Source of the DNA: Blastocladiella emersonii ATCC 22665
Lineage: Eukaryota; Fungi; Blastocladiomycota
Direction: 5' to 3'
Assembly (NCBI GenBank): GCA_025594325.1
Contig: JANHCV010000005.1
Location: 496,001 to 560,000, forward strand
Length of the DNA: 64,000 nt
Position 1 is the first letter of the stretch; every line of letters begins with the position of its first letter. The notes under the pieces were generated by a model that saw nothing but the letters and a program-made list of their open reading frames with translations, was not told the origin of the DNA and made no database searches. Shown here in pieces: positions 34,225-47,271 of the stretch. A program made the translations under genes and the position numbers.

Positions 34225-36059
34225 ATGTTCTTCCTCGCTCCGCGCAACGTAGAAGACATGCTCGCTGGGCGGCACCGGCGCGCCGTTCAGGGACGGCCGA
34301 CCTTTTTACTGCCCGATGACCTCGTATCCGGTACGTACGCGGCATGGACGCGTCGACGTGGGCGTCACTCTAACACGTGTTGGAAGTGTAGACATCTGCC
34401 TGAACCAGCGCTGCGCGAGCGCGGCCGTCAAGTTCCACGACAAGGTGGTGCTGACCAAGTCGCACCGCGGCACGGGCCCCGCGATGCCGACCTTCACGCG
34501 GCTCGACGAGACCGAGCTGTTCGGCGTGCCCGTCCTGCACACGCTGGCCGTCCTGTTCGTGTTCGCGTGGATCTACGCGACGCTGAGCCATACGCGCCGC
34601 GCCGCGAGCGGGTACCACCGCCGGCAGCTGCCGTGGTCCGCGTTCGCGAAGCGGCACGCTGGCCGGCTCGCCGTCGCGGCCGCGCTGCTCGCGGCCCCCT
34701 ATCTCGGGCCGCACCTCCTCATCCCGCTATACTCGTCCGAGGGCGTGCTCCTCGTCGACACGGCCGAGACGCTCCGGTGCTTGTCCATTTTCGCGGTCCT
34801 GGCCGTCACCCGCCGCGCCGTCGTCCACGGCCTGCGCCGCGCCGTCCACGTCCCGCTGCCGTACCGCGCCCAGGTCGTCACGCAGGTCGCCGAGGCCGTG
34901 CTCAACGGGTGGAGCGCCGCGGGTGCCGCCATCGCGGTGCAGGCGTGTGTGCAGGCCCTGCTCGGCCGCGGGCTACGCGGCGTCGCGGGACTCACGGCGA
35001 TGCGCGCGACTGAGATTGCGCCCGTCCTCGCGGCGTCGCGGTGGACGCCGCCCACGCTCGTCGTGCTCGCGTACGCGGCCGCGGTGCAGAGCGTGCCCCG
35101 CGCGTGGAAGCGGTACCTCGCGTGGCGCGAGCGGTCGCGGCTCGATGACCCCGTGGTACGTTCTTTTGGTTCTTTCGTTGCAGAACACGAACTGACGCGA
35201 GCTCGTGTCGTAGATGGTCACGCCCGACGAGCTCGCGAGCCTAGCGCTCGGGATTCTCTCGTTCCAGTTCCTGTCGGCGACGCAGCCCGCCATCGACCCG
35301 GCCGCGCTGCACATCACGCACGGCGCGTGGACCGGCCTGTTCCTCTCCATGGGCGCGGCGATTGGCGTCGTCGCGCTGCAGGCCGCGCGCTCGTCGCCAC
35401 TCATCCTGTCCGCGCGCACCACGCCCGCCTCGTCGCCCGTGCCCGCTCGCCGCGCGAGTATCCTGCGCAAGGCCAACGATGTGCCCCAGCAGCAACAGAG
35501 CCCGCCGTCGAGCCCGCGCCAGCAGCAGCACCTCCGGTTCCCCGCTCCCGCGATGCACGGCGCGCCGCTCGCCGTGCAGGCCGCGCACCTGCCGCACGCC
35601 GGGATCGACGATTTCGCGCGCCCGCAGTCGCCCACGATGCAGCGCCGCGTGCTCCTCGACCAGCTCGGGTCCGCCAAGACGAGTCCAGTCTCGCCGTCCC
35701 GCGGTGCGATGCTCAGTGGCGGAAACCACCGCGTCCCGTCGCCCATCTCCTCGCCCACACGCACGCGGTTCGCCGGGTTTCCGGGCGCCCTGGGCACCGC
35801 CGAGTCGCGCGACCGCACGCCCAGTGTGCTCGCGGCGGCCGCGGCGGCGGGGCTCAAGGCGTCCGGGTCCGCCGGCAGCACCAGCCCCGTCGCGGGCCGG
35901 TTCCGCGACGCGTCGCCGCAGCGCGCGGTCCTCGCAGATATGATCACGAGCAAGGAGCGCGAGGCGCTCAAGGTGCCCGCGGGCGCGCGGGCGTCGACGG
36001 CGGTCGCGCAGGGGCAGCAGCAGCAGGCGCGCGGGCGGACGGGGTATGCGGGGCGGTGA
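34225..36059 (+). CDS. Multi-pass membrane protein with a Ser/Pro-rich C-terminal tail, function unknown
   Basis: Several hydrophobic segments across ORFs 34316 and 35214, joined by GT-AG introns (near 34330-34390 and 35156-35213). Confidence 0.65.
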
Positions 36060-36385
36060 GTCGAGAGGTGTTGTGTGATCTGAGAGGTTGATATTAGACG
36101 CGGATGCGATCAGTCGCGAAACAGGCCCCTTGGCCTCCCACACCTCAACGTTGGAGGCATCGTCGGGGAGCGAGCTGGTGGTCAACGAGGCGGAAAACGC
36201 AAGGAGGAGGCGCATGTGGCGCATTTGAGGTCACATGCGCTACGCCAACTCTCAGCCACAAGGCCGCCACCGCTTGCTGCCACGGCGACGCTCGCAGGCC
36301 GCGGCCGTCCTCCCCGCGCTGAAGTCTTCCTGCCGACGCTCTTGTTGAATCCCCCTCCGTCACGGAATATCCATAGCCGTAAACA

Positions 36386-37697
36386 ATGGGCGCGTGTCCC
36401 CTTCGCTTGCCGCGCCGCGCGCACGCTCGATTCCGCGAAAACGCGACGAAAATCCACCACCACACCATGAAACGCACATGAACACGCGCACGCCGCACGC
36501 CCGCCGGCGTTACCACGCCCATCCATCCACCTCGCCTCTGTGGAATCGCTGCACGCCGTCACGCCGGTCGTCACGTCGCCACGCTCGCCGGCACTCGAAC
36601 GCCGACCCCGCATACGGCCGCCTCGCCGTCACTACGTCGGACGGCCCGGAACCTCTGGCCGCTCCGGCGGGACGAGCGGATGGTCACTCGTGTCGATGGA
36701 CGCCGGACGGCCGGACGGCCGGGCGGCGCCAACCCGGCCGAACCGCACGGACGTCCGCGTCACGACCGGTCGAACGACCGTCGCATCAACTTGCCGACGT
36801 GCTGCTCTGCGTGTTTTCGTGGTGGTGGAATTCTCGTCGCGACGCCGAATCCTGCGCTGCGTTGTCGCGGGCGCACTCGAAACCCGCTCCTCTGAACCCG
36901 CCGGCTAACGCGCGCCGCCCCGCCCGTCTCCAGGTCGTGTCATTCGCGCGCAGCGTAAGGGTGCCGGTTCGATCTTCCGCGCCCACGTGAAGCACCGCAA
37001 GGGTGCCGCCCAGCTCCGTCCCCTGGACTTTGCTGAGCGCCACGGCTACATCAAGGGTCTCGTCAAGGAGATCATCCACGACCCCGGACGTGGTGCTCCC
37101 CTTGCCCGCGTCGTGTTCCGCGACCCCTACAAGTACAAGCTCCGCGAGAACCTGTTCATCGCCACCGAGGGTCTCCACACCGGCCAGTTCGTGTACTGCG
37201 GCAAGAAGGCCTCGCTCGCCGTCGGCAACGTCCTGCCCCTCTCGACGCTCCCCGAGGGTACCATCGTGTGCAACATTGAGGAGAAGGCCGGCGACCGCGG
37301 CGCCCTCGCCCGTACCTCGGGCAACTACGCCACCATCATCGGCCACAACCACGACGAGGGCATCACCCGCGTCAAGCTGCCCTCGGGCGCCAAGAAGGCC
37401 GTCAAGTCGGCGTGCCGTGCCACCGTCGGCATCGTTGCCGGTGGCGGTCGTATCGACAAGCCCATGCTCAAGGCTGGCCGCGCCTACCACCTCAACAAGG
37501 CCAAGCGCAACCGCTGGCCCAAGACCCGTGGTGTTGCCATGAACCCCGTGGACCACCCCCACGGTGGTGGTAACCACCAGCACATCGGTCACGCCTCGAC
37601 CGTCGCCCGCAACTCGCCCGCCGGTAAGAAGGTCGGTCTCATCGCCGCCCGTCGTACCGGTCTGCTGCGCGGTTCCAAGAAGCTCCAGGAGAAGTAA
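36386..37697 (+). CDS. RPL2: 60S ribosomal protein uL2 (RPL2/RPL8)
   Basis: [15 protein letters not shown]...[10 protein letters not shown]...[21 protein letters not shown]; exon 2 starts at 36934. Exon 1 (ATGG at 36386) is inferred. Confidence 0.95.
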
Positions 37698-38846
37698 AGG
37701 TGCTCGCACCGCTTTACTTCCTCCGCGGGCTGGCACGGCGCGGCCGTCTCGTTGTGGTGTCGCTCTTCGCGTGCTTCCCCACCGCGCGGCAGTCGTATTC
37801 TGGACCACCACGTTCATCGAGGTCAATACAAACACTCTGGAGAACATTTCGAAAATTTTGTCTGCCTGCCTGTCTTCCTTGCGCGAGCTTTCTGCAGCTG
37901 AACGACGACGGGAAGCTGCCGAACTGCCTTCTTATAGGTGTGCATGTTCTGCATCGCGTCGGCTCTCGCATGGCCGCCTGTCAAAGGAAACTTGCTCAAG
38001 GACGGCGGATGGAAGCCCTGCCGAGCCCCGGCCACCGACATGGCCTTCCTCAGGCGGCCGCCGAACGGATTCGCTTCCCGTGCGCGTTCTCTGACCAAAG
38101 GCGGCCAAGTCCCGCGCGACGTTCGAGAGATGAGATGCGAGTGTTCGTTCTGTTGCTGAGCGACGGCAGCGGCGACCATGACGGCGGCCGCGGGAGCTTC
38201 ATGGCCACGGCGGCCTCCGCCGCCGCATCGACCATGGCCCTCGACAAGTTGAGGGGCCGGCCGCGCTGTGATCGCGTTTGCGTTTTCAAAAAACGGCCAG
38301 GGGCGGCGGCTCTTGCCCCGCCACAGTGATCTGCGTGTCATGGGCGTGGCAATAGTTGCGACGCGAAGCCGTCGCACACCCACGCATGCCAACTGTTGGC
38401 CGCTTTGAGTACGAAGGAAGGGGAGGTCTCTCAGGACGCATGATCCAAAGGGCGACTGGCATTCTCGAGGAATAAACTAGCAACATATCGCGGTGACGGG
38501 TCCGCGAGCTGGAGTGCGTCGTCGTCTCGATGGCTCAGGAAAACGATTAATTGGTTCTCCTCATTCGTCTTTCGGAGAGATTCCTATACTGTTTTGAGCA
38601 TCCATGCGATCGAGAGCGACGCGACGCGTTGCGGCAAGTCCATGAGCTAGCAAGGCAGAGTAGGGTGTGAGCGACCAGAGTCGCCGGTGGGGAGGACGGA
38701 GGAGGAGAGGGTGGTCGGTTTTGACGCTGGTCGCTGGTCGGAGCCGACCGACCGTGTTGATCTGACCGCGCGTGACGCGTTGCTGGCCGGTCTCCATCAC
38801 CTCGCTGATCACAGAGTCATTTAAACGTGTGTATTGAATCACTAGC

Positions 38847-40124
38847 TCACGACGAGCTCACTATGGAAGCGGGCAGGAGCGGGTCCGTCTCGCTGGGCAT
38901 CGCCGCCGCGGCCCGACCCGCCTCCGCGTCCGACGCGCGTCGCGGCGACCCGCGAACAGAGAGCGACTTGCGCGGGCGGCCACGGTAGAGCACAAAGTGC
39001 TGCACGAGGAACACGGCGTCGAAGCCGAGACTCAGGAGCGACAAACCACTACACGCGTCGTGGGATGAGTGACGCGTTCGCGTGAGCGGCGTGAGCGTGA
39101 TGGTGACCACGTACAGTTTGGCGGCGTTGCCAAACAGCACGCCGAGGAGCCACGAGCCATCGTCGCCCGACCCACGCGCGAGGAACGCGTCAAGGAACAG
39201 CTGCGCAAGACTCAGCGTGCCGCCCGTTGCGTCGAGCAGGATGTTGTGGATCGACCAGCCCTCGGTCGACTGGTCGCGGATGTTGACCCACATCTAGGTA
39301 GCGGGAGTCGTGTTAGGTGTGAGGTGGCTGTGGAGAGAACACAAACGGACCTGCGGGAGGTACTTGATGAGGCTCATGATGAGCTTCCACGAGCCCAAAA
39401 AGTAGACGAGGTCGAGCGCGCTGCACCCTGGGTCGCGCACCGTCCACCCGAGCATCACCACCGTCGACGCGAGCATGGCCACGATCGTCACCTTGGCGAA
39501 GCGCGACAGCGTGTGGCCGTTACCCTACGCGTTGCGCTACGTCAGTCCGTGGTACGCTGCGTACCCACGAGGGAGAACGTACGGCGTACTGCCGCGCCTG
39601 CACCGCCGTGGCAATCGTGAGCACCCACGCGTGCGCGGCAAAGAACACGTCGTTGGGCGCGACCAGGTTCGACCGCCCGTCGTTGCGCCGGCGGTACTCT
39701 TCCTGGATGGCCGTCGACCAGTAGAAGCCGAGCGTGTAGATCTGCGGGCAACGACGAGAGATGAGCATCTTCGTGTTGTGTCGAACAGTGAAGTCGGCGC
39801 ACCAGGTAGCAGGTGAAGCCGATGACGTTGTACGCGAGAAAGTCCAGCGACAGGCCATCGACGCTGTGATGGGGGGACGCGTGTGAGGGGTGGGCCGCCT
39901 CGGCGCGTCGAGATGGACGGACCTCTTGCGGCGGTAGTTGAGGACCAGCTGCGGGTAGAAGCTCACGGACCACGCCGCAAAGTACGACTAGTGACGGCGA
40001 GCTCACGCGTGAGCGTTCCGATGGGAGAGCGTGACGGTCGTCGTGCTGCACTGACCCATCCGAGGATGCCCGAGATGACGGCGCCGGCGCTCGTTGCGCT
40101 GTGTAGTTCATTTGGTTGTTCCAT
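38847..40124 (-). CDS. Cystinosin/Ers1-like PQ-loop transporter, paralog 1 (6 introns)
   Basis: [55 protein letters not shown]. Confidence 0.88.
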
Positions 40125-40613
40125 GGTTTACGGTGTGGATGAAGGAAGAGCGAGAGCAGCTCGAGGCCATCGGGCGATGGTCGGCTGTCAGTCGCTCGCC
40201 CCGCGATGGCTTGGTCAGCAAGCAACAGCGGTCCCCCGCGCACGCGAGTGGGGCCGCGAGTCGCGACATTGCCGCGTGACCGGCGCTGGCACGCGCAGAG
40301 GGATTATTGGGTCGGTTCCCACCGATCATGCGGTCCCTGCACGCCCTGCTCCGCGTTGGGGGATCGGGACATGATCGAGATCGAGGGCTGAGCCACTCAC
40401 ATGATATCGCGACGCGTCTCGCAAGGTGTCTCGCGCTCAGGAAGGGACGAGCCTCAAAAATAGCGGTGACGGTTCCTGCTATGCATGGCAACCTCTTGGA
40501 GGCACCGGTTTGAGGAGTCCCTAATTTGGTGCCTCCTCACAGCAGAAGGGCGCCCAGGACACCCACGGACAATCCCTTCTTTCTCTCTCCCGCACACACC
40601 CAAAGAACTGCCC

Positions 40614-41849
40614 ATGAATCTACCACGCGAAATCATCGAGCCGATCCTCGCCCACGCGGCTCGTCTATCCGGTCAGTCGCCGGCCGACCTGCGCGCACTG
40701 CTCCACGTCCTGCCGCGCTCGTGTGAGCGCCGCGACCCGCTCGTTCGCGCCCTCCTCCCGCGGCTCCCGCACTGCAGCCTCGACGCGGCCTCCGCCGATG
40801 GTCACGTCGATATCCTTGATCTGTGGCAGCGCCATGGTCTCACGCCTCGCTACTCGCGCGACGCCATGGACCGCGCAAGTGGGAACGGTCACGTCGCCGT
40901 CCTCGCGTGGTGGCGCACGTCGGGGCTGCGCCTCAAGTACTCAAACGCCGCGCTGCGGTGGGCGAGTGCGAACGGACACCTCGACGTGCTGCAGTGGTGG
41001 CGCGACTCGGGCCTGCACCTCAAACACTCGACGAAGGCAATGTGGGCCGCGTCCGTCAACTCGCGCCTTGACGTGCTCAATTGGTGGAAGGTCAGTGGAC
41101 TTCCGCTCCGCTACAACTACCTTCCCGTCGACGACGCGGGCGTACACGGCCTCGTGAGCGTGCTCGACTGGTGGAAGTCGAGCGGGCTGCCGCTCGAGTA
41201 CACATCGCGGTCCGTGAACGGCGCGAGCGCACGCGGCCGCGTCGACGTGCTCGAGTGGTGGAAGGCGAGCGGGTTGCCCATGAAATTGTGCAAGTTCGCC
41301 ATCGAGCAGCCGCTCCGCGACGGCAACTTTGCCGTCGTCGACTGGTGGCTGGCCAGCGGCATCCCGACGGTGCTCAACGCCCGCCTCGCGCTCACGCTGA
41401 CCGCGGCCGAGCTCGCTGGGCGGTTCACGCCGACCGCGAGCTCGCTCGGGCGGATCGACGTGCTCGACTGGCTCGACGCACGCGGGCTGAGCAGCACCCA
41501 GGGCTCGCCGTTCATGCTGGCCAGCCGGTACGGCCAGGTCGCGACGCTCGACTGGTGGCGCGCGTCCACGCACGGCTGCGAGTACACGGAGTGGGCCATG
41601 AACGGCGCGAGCTACGGCGGGTTCAACAACGTGCTCGACTGGTGGGTGCGGTCCGGGCTCGAGCTGAAATACTCTGAGCAAGCCCTGTCCGAGGCCACCG
41701 CGGCGGGCCACGTCCACACGCTCGAGTGGTGGAAGAACAGCGGTCTCCCGATCAAGTTCGACAAGGACGAGATGCTGGCTGCCGCGCGTCGCCACAACAA
41801 GCCCGCGGCGCTCGAGTGGTGGCTCGCCACAGACTTTGCTTCTGCCTGA
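40614..41849 (+). CDS. Ankyrin-like repeat protein (29-aa YS..A...AS.NGH..VL.WW..SG repeats) with an F-box-like N-terminus, 411 aa
   Basis: Intronless ORF starting MNLPREIIEPILAHA; about 10 tandem repeats. Confidence 0.85.
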   Translation: MNLPREIIEPILAHAARLSGQSPADLRALLHVLPRSCERRDPLVRALLPRLPHCSLDAASADGHVDILDLWQRHGLTPRYSRDAMDRASGNGHVAVLAWWRTSGLRLKYSNAALRWASANGHLDVLQWWRDSGLHLKHSTKAMWAASVNSRLDVLNWWKVSGLPLRYNYLPVDDAGVHGLVSVLDWWKSSGLPLEYTSRSVNGASARGRVDVLEWWKASGLPMKLCKFAIEQPLRDGNFAVVDWWLASGIPTVLNARLALTLTAAELAGRFTPTASSLGRIDVLDWLDARGLSSTQGSPFMLASRYGQVATLDWWRASTHGCEYTEWAMNGASYGGFNNVLDWWVRSGLELKYSEQALSEATAAGHVHTLEWWKNSGLPIKFDKDEMLAAARRHNKPAALEWWLATDFASA

Positions 41850-42300
41850 GAAACACGAATATTTGCATAGTTAGTAGTAAAGCTGAAGCATCGATTCACG
41901 GGGCGCGGCGCATGCCTGGAAATGAACACGCGAAGCGGCTTGCCCATCCACGCACCCGTGGCCAACACAACCTGGTTTCTGTGGGCGGGCGTGCTGCGCC
42001 ACTCATCTGAACACGCATCAAGTCGCGTCGAACTGAGCACCTCAAGGTTTTCAACTCCAGTGGGCGTGTCGGAGCGAGTTGATAAGCGACGGCCTGGGGC
42101 GAACGAAAAGTCTACGATGCTGAAAGACCTCTCGTGTAGATGATAACGAGTACGTTTATCTAACCATAAGTTGTAACGCTCGTTTGCACAAACTATGCGA
42201 CACCGGCACCTTCTTCAAAACATAAACCACCGAGCAGGGCTGGCGAGGCGGCGTTGCGCAGTGCGGCTTTGCCCAACTCGTCGATGGCCTCGTTCCTAGT

Positions 42301-43998
42301 TTAATCAAGCTCGACAAGCCCAGTTGGAAGTTGCGACGCTAGAATAATGGCGCCAGCGTTCGTGATGCGGTTCTCCGAAAGGTCCAGGTACCGAAGTGAG
42401 CCACGATCGCGAAGGAGAGGCGCGATCCGACCAAGTGCATTGTCATCCAGGTCAAGACCATCCAGCGACAACATTTCGAGCTCCCGCGGGAGCATCGTGG
42501 CGATGACCGCGCCATCTAGCTGGGACCAGTCCAAGTCAAGATTGTTCCCTAAATTGAGCACCCGTAGCGACTTCGGAAACCGCATCGCAAGGTACGCAAG
42601 CGAGGCAGGATCCAGGCCCGATCCAGCAAGCCCCAATACTTCAAGCGACGCTGAAAGCGAATCCGCCACGGCCTGATGTGCTTGCTGGGATAAATTGTTA
42701 CACGATAAGTCGAGAGACTTGAGTTGACGGATTGCCACTTGGTTTATAATCAAGATCGCGTCCTCGTTGCTCAGCTCGCAGTTTATAATGCGGAGGGCCT
42801 CAATCCCTGGCGGTAGCGCACGAGCCAAAGCCATCGCTATGGGCGTGGAAAGTGGACAGCCTATGAGGTTAAGTTCAATGAGGGATGCAGGAAGATCCAG
42901 CTGCAGGGCGTGTGTGTTACGTGACCCGCTCAGAAAGTCGTTGCGCAATTGCAGCGAGCGGATCCGCGGCGGCAGGTGGACGCTGGCCTCGCAAAACCCA
43001 TGAGAGCTGATGTCGCACGACTGAAGTGCAAGAGAGTGAGTAGTTGGCGGGAGAACGAGTAGAAGATTGACCAGTCCAGCGTCGCCAAGGCTGCAAAGTT
43101 TCAGCTCCAAAGTGTGCATCGTGCTAGGGAGCCTGGCGCAGAGCCCCGTGAGGACACGCGGCATGGTGCGGAGAATATCAATCTTCAAGCGCTCGAGTCG
43201 CGAAGGCCACGAAAATCCGTCAAAATCTGCGAGGGTCGTGCGCTTCGAAAACCAGTAAGCCTCGAGTTCGATGTGAGCTAGAGTACTCGGAAAGCGCAAG
43301 GCGACGAAGCGGGGGACGTCCAGCGTGCAAGCAAAATTGATGGAGAACGACTTGAGGTGCTGGTTTGGACTCGCGAAAGCAGTGTTGAGTGCCGAAATCC
43401 CATCCATGGTGACGATTTGATGCTTGAGTTCGAGCGTGGTCAACTGGCCGCTCGAAATTCCAGCAAGGCTCGAGTTGATTTGTCCGTCAGGAACGAGTGA
43501 CTCGCCAGTCCCCTGTAACCACACGTGCGCACGCGACTAGGTCAGCCGCGGGCAGAAGTTGGCTCGACAAGCGAGTCAAATGCGTACGTATCGAACTCCA
43601 ATCGCAACGGACGCTGAGACACCGAGCATTGGAAAGTCCGCAGGGACGCGCGCCTCGCGGATCCACTCGAGGATGGCAAGCGCGTTATTATTCATGGCAA
43701 CTTCGAGGATATTGCGGTTGAGGATGAGTGGTAGCAGTCCCAATTGTTGACGCCGCTTGAGCACGGCGACGCGGTCGTTGCGAGCCGCAGCCTCAACTGA
43801 GAGGCTCGGCGAGTGCGAGAAGATAGCACGGACAACACGAGGAATGTCGTGCTCACACATGACACGAGCGTATTGAGCAAGGCCTTGGGTGTCGGCGGGG
43901 TCGCCGTGCGCGAAGACGGCGCGGACCAAGATCTCCTCGACAAGCGTAGATATAGCGAGCCTCGGTCCCGTTTCCATAAGTTGCATGGTGTTATTCAT
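42301..43998 (-). CDS. Protein with the ankyrin-family N-terminal domain fused to RNI-like leucine-rich repeats; intron 43513-43586
   Basis: Exon 1 (LVEEILVRA..., SVEAAARNDRVAVL) splices in frame to LRRs (LKSLDLSCNNL, LRYLDLSENRI). Confidence 0.7.
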
Positions 43999-44398
43999 GG
44001 TTTCCGCTCGCAGGGCGGTGAGGGGGCGAGCCGTCAAGCGCGAAGGCGTCGCTGAGCTGGTCGTTGACCCGGCCGGGGCGCCACGCGACCACTCACATGA
44101 TATCGCGGCGCGTCTCTCGGCTCACGTCTCGCCAGTTCCCTCGGTCTCCCCCACGCCTTACGACTGCCCTCCGAGGACGCAATGGTTGCGCGATCGTACT
44201 CTTGACCGCTGGCCTTTTGTTGTGTTTTTTTTTTCTTATAGCCAGCACGAATGCTTCCCGTCAACGCACTTGCTGACCCTCGCCCACCGGAAGCGCCTGG
44301 GCATGGCATAGGGCCCACGGACAAGCTTAAAACAAGTCGAACAGGTTTGGATGCTAACACGCTTTATTCTAATGTACAGGTGGTGGTGGGATCGCTCA

Positions 44399-45455
44399 TC
44401 ATTTGCGAGGGGACGCCGCCTCAACGTCGCCGCCGCGCTTGGCCACGGCCTTCTCGTCGTTGACCTTGGGGCGGAGGCGGCCGCGGTACAGCACAAAGTG
44501 CTGCACGAGGAAGATGGAGTCGAAGGCGAGACTCAGGAGCGACAGACCACTGTTCGGGGCGGGGGGCGAGCAAGGTGAGTGAACGATCGAACGAGAGCGC
44601 GTGCAAGGAAGAAGTAACGTACAGCTTGGTCGTGTTGCCCGAGAACGCGTTGCCGAGCCACCCGGCGCCGTTCTTTCCTCCGCTCGTCGCCTCGAGGTAC
44701 GCGTCGAGGAACAGCTGCGCGAACGAGAGGATGCCGCCCGTCGCGTCAAGCACGATGTTCTCAATGGACCAGCCCTCGGTCGACTTGTCCTTGAAGTTGT
44801 TGTACATCTGCGGGATGTACTTGATGAGCGACATGCACAGCTTGACGGTGCCGAGGAAGTTCATAATGTCGAGGACGCCCTGCGCGGGCCGCTGGACGCG
44901 CCAGATCACGACGACCGTGATCGCGATGAGCACGACGGCGATCACGACGCGCGCGAACTTGGAGATGGTGTGCGTGCGCTCGCGGTACGACAGCGCCTGG
45001 ATGCCCGTGGCCACGGTCAGAACCCATGCGTGCGCGGCGAAAAAGACGTCGTTGGGCGCGACCAGGTTCGCGCGGCCGTCGTTTCGCCGCTTGTACTCGT
45101 CCTGCACCAACGGCCACCATGCGTAGCTGAGCGTGTACGTCTACGTCGCGAAGGAGAGCGTTGTGTCAGCGCCGATCGCGAGGTTGATGAGGATCAACGT
45201 GAGCGTACCGCATAGCACGAGAAACCGATGATGTTGTAGGCGAGAAAGTCGAGCGAGAGGCCCTCGACGCTCTTTCGGCGATAGTTGAGGATGAGCTGCG
45301 GGTAGAAGCTGACGCTCCAAGCGACAAAGTAGGCCTAGAGAACGGTCGGAGGGACAGGGATCGAGTGTGAGCGGGCGGCGATCGCGGGTGGCTCAGCAGC
45401 GTGGCGGCGCGCGTACCCAACCAATGATGGCCGAGATCACAGATCCAGTTGACAT
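44399..45455 (-). CDS. Cystinosin/Ers1-like PQ-loop transporter, paralog 2 (3 introns)
   Basis: Same PQ-loop motifs: [34 protein letters not shown]. Confidence 0.88.
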
Positions 45456-45899
45456 GGTAGTGCGGGTCGCTTGATTCGAGAGGGTCGGGGCGGGCAGAGC
45501 GGGATAGGTCGGCGGTAGAAGCGGGGCCGCGCCGTATTTGTAGGAGGCAGCGTGTCTCCCTGCCCGGGGCAGGTTGTGCCGACCGGGGCCTGCAGCAAGG
45601 GACGACCTGGCCTGACGGCGGGATCGGGCCATGAGTTCATCTCGCTGTCAGCAACCGTGAGCATTGCGTAAGGCTCGGTGAGGATTGCGTGCTCGGCGAC
45701 CAACCGTTTACGTCTAGCTGCCAGCCAGCGGCCGCGTTTCGCTAAATATTCTCGCTGATCTGAAACTCGACGCTCCGGCGCACCGGTCATCACTTCGCGT
45801 CCACCCATCGTTCGTTGCGCGATCCTCCCTCCCTGCGCGCGACCGACTCGAAAGGCGACAAAAATGAAACGATAAATATTCATGAATCACGCAACCGCA

Positions 45900-46796
45900 C
45901 TACATGGAGCTCGCCTTCTTGAGCTCGTCCATGAGCCGGTCGTACTCGGCGGTCCCTGGCGTGCACCCGTAGAGGTGGGCGATGGCGCTGCGGACGTTGG
46001 CCTCGGTCATCTCGGCCTGCGCTCGTGGGCCCCAGACGTTCTCGTGGAGCGGCGTCGACGAGTCGCCGACAAAGATGTTGTTCCCTTGGGCGTTCTTCAT
46101 GACGGTGCGCTTGACGTAGCCCTGCTTGGCGAGGTCCTTCATGAGCACGTCGTAGGTGACGCCGCGCAGCGGGTTGACGCCGTACGCGTCGTCGTCCTCC
46201 TCGACCGCCTCGCCGTCGCCGTCGCGCTGCGTGCCCTGCAGCCCGTCGCGCTTGATGCCGAGCCGGATCAGTTTTGGCGCCAGGTCGTCTAGATGCGGCG
46301 GCGAGCGTGGTTAGTTCCACGGCTTGGACGACGAGTGCGCGCGTGGTGGCGAAGCGAAAACCGTACCGTCACGGATCTTGGAACCGTGGACGTAGATGAT
46401 GGCGAGGACGGAGAAGGCGACGCCGAGCAGCGCGGGGTGGTCGGACATGAGGCCGGCGCGGATGCGCAGGGGCGCGGGAATCGCGTTCTTGAGGATGTAT
46501 ACCTTGCCCGAGGAGGCTAGACGCACACACGGGTCAGTGCAACGTCGCAGATGCGAGCTGAACAGTAACACCGTACACGACTGCAGCTCGACGAGCGTCA
46601 GGCCAAAGTTGCTCTTGAGCACGTCGTTGGTGGCGCCGAGGTAGTGGTTGTACGTGTTGCCCGTGACGCTGGTCTTGTTAAAGACGTGGGTCGTGATGTC
46701 GGCGCGCTTCAGGCCGGACCGCGACGCCTCGCTGAAGAGGGCGAGTCGCACAAAGGCGCGGACCTTGCGCGCGTCCACCTCAATCGTGTCGCCCAT
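45900..46796 (-). CDS. NSE3: Nse3/MAGE-domain subunit of the Smc5/6 complex
   Basis: VRAFVRLALF...LKRADI, FGLTLVEL, KVYILKN, LAIIY, WGPRAQAE (MAGE signature); 2 introns. Confidence 0.8.
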
Positions 46797-47271
46797 GGTG
46801 CAGGCGTATGTCCGAAAAGCGCGTTGCACAGAGATATCGCGAGCGAGGTGCAGCCCCCGGGGTTCATGCGCTTCGTAGACTAGAGTCCAAGACCGCCGCC
46901 GGGCCGGCGAGCGCTCTCAGGAGGCGAGCGGGCCAGCCGCATCAGGTGACGCGGGCTGAACGCGTCTCACGGCAGGGGGACAGTTCCCTTGCTCACGGGG
47001 CCCTCCGTGGCGTGGCGGAAAATGTCTCGCAGCATTTGGCGGCAACGATCGCTCCGATTTCCGCTGCCTTGAGCATAGGTCTCCCTGTCAGTCGAGGTCG
47101 CATGTGGCTGGCGGGCTGCCGGTCAGTCGATTTGGGGAGACCCGGCTGAGCGGGCGGGGACGCGCTGCACACACCACGCACCGCTCGGCGTGCACTTTAA
47201 AGCGCGCGCTTCCCTCGTCTCGTCACGCTGTCCGCACATCGCAAGGACTTGGATGTAACTCGCCGAACAAC

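Noticed and set aside
38133-38329. Short ORF MRVFVLLLSDGSGDH...
   Set aside because: Too short, no motif and no splice support; could be a fragment but cannot be supported.
40381-40398. TCGAGGGCTGAGCCACTC resembles the helicase-flanking 18-bp repeat
   Set aside because: Only the first 9 nt match exactly and the palindrome is not preserved; plausibly chance in GC-rich DNA.
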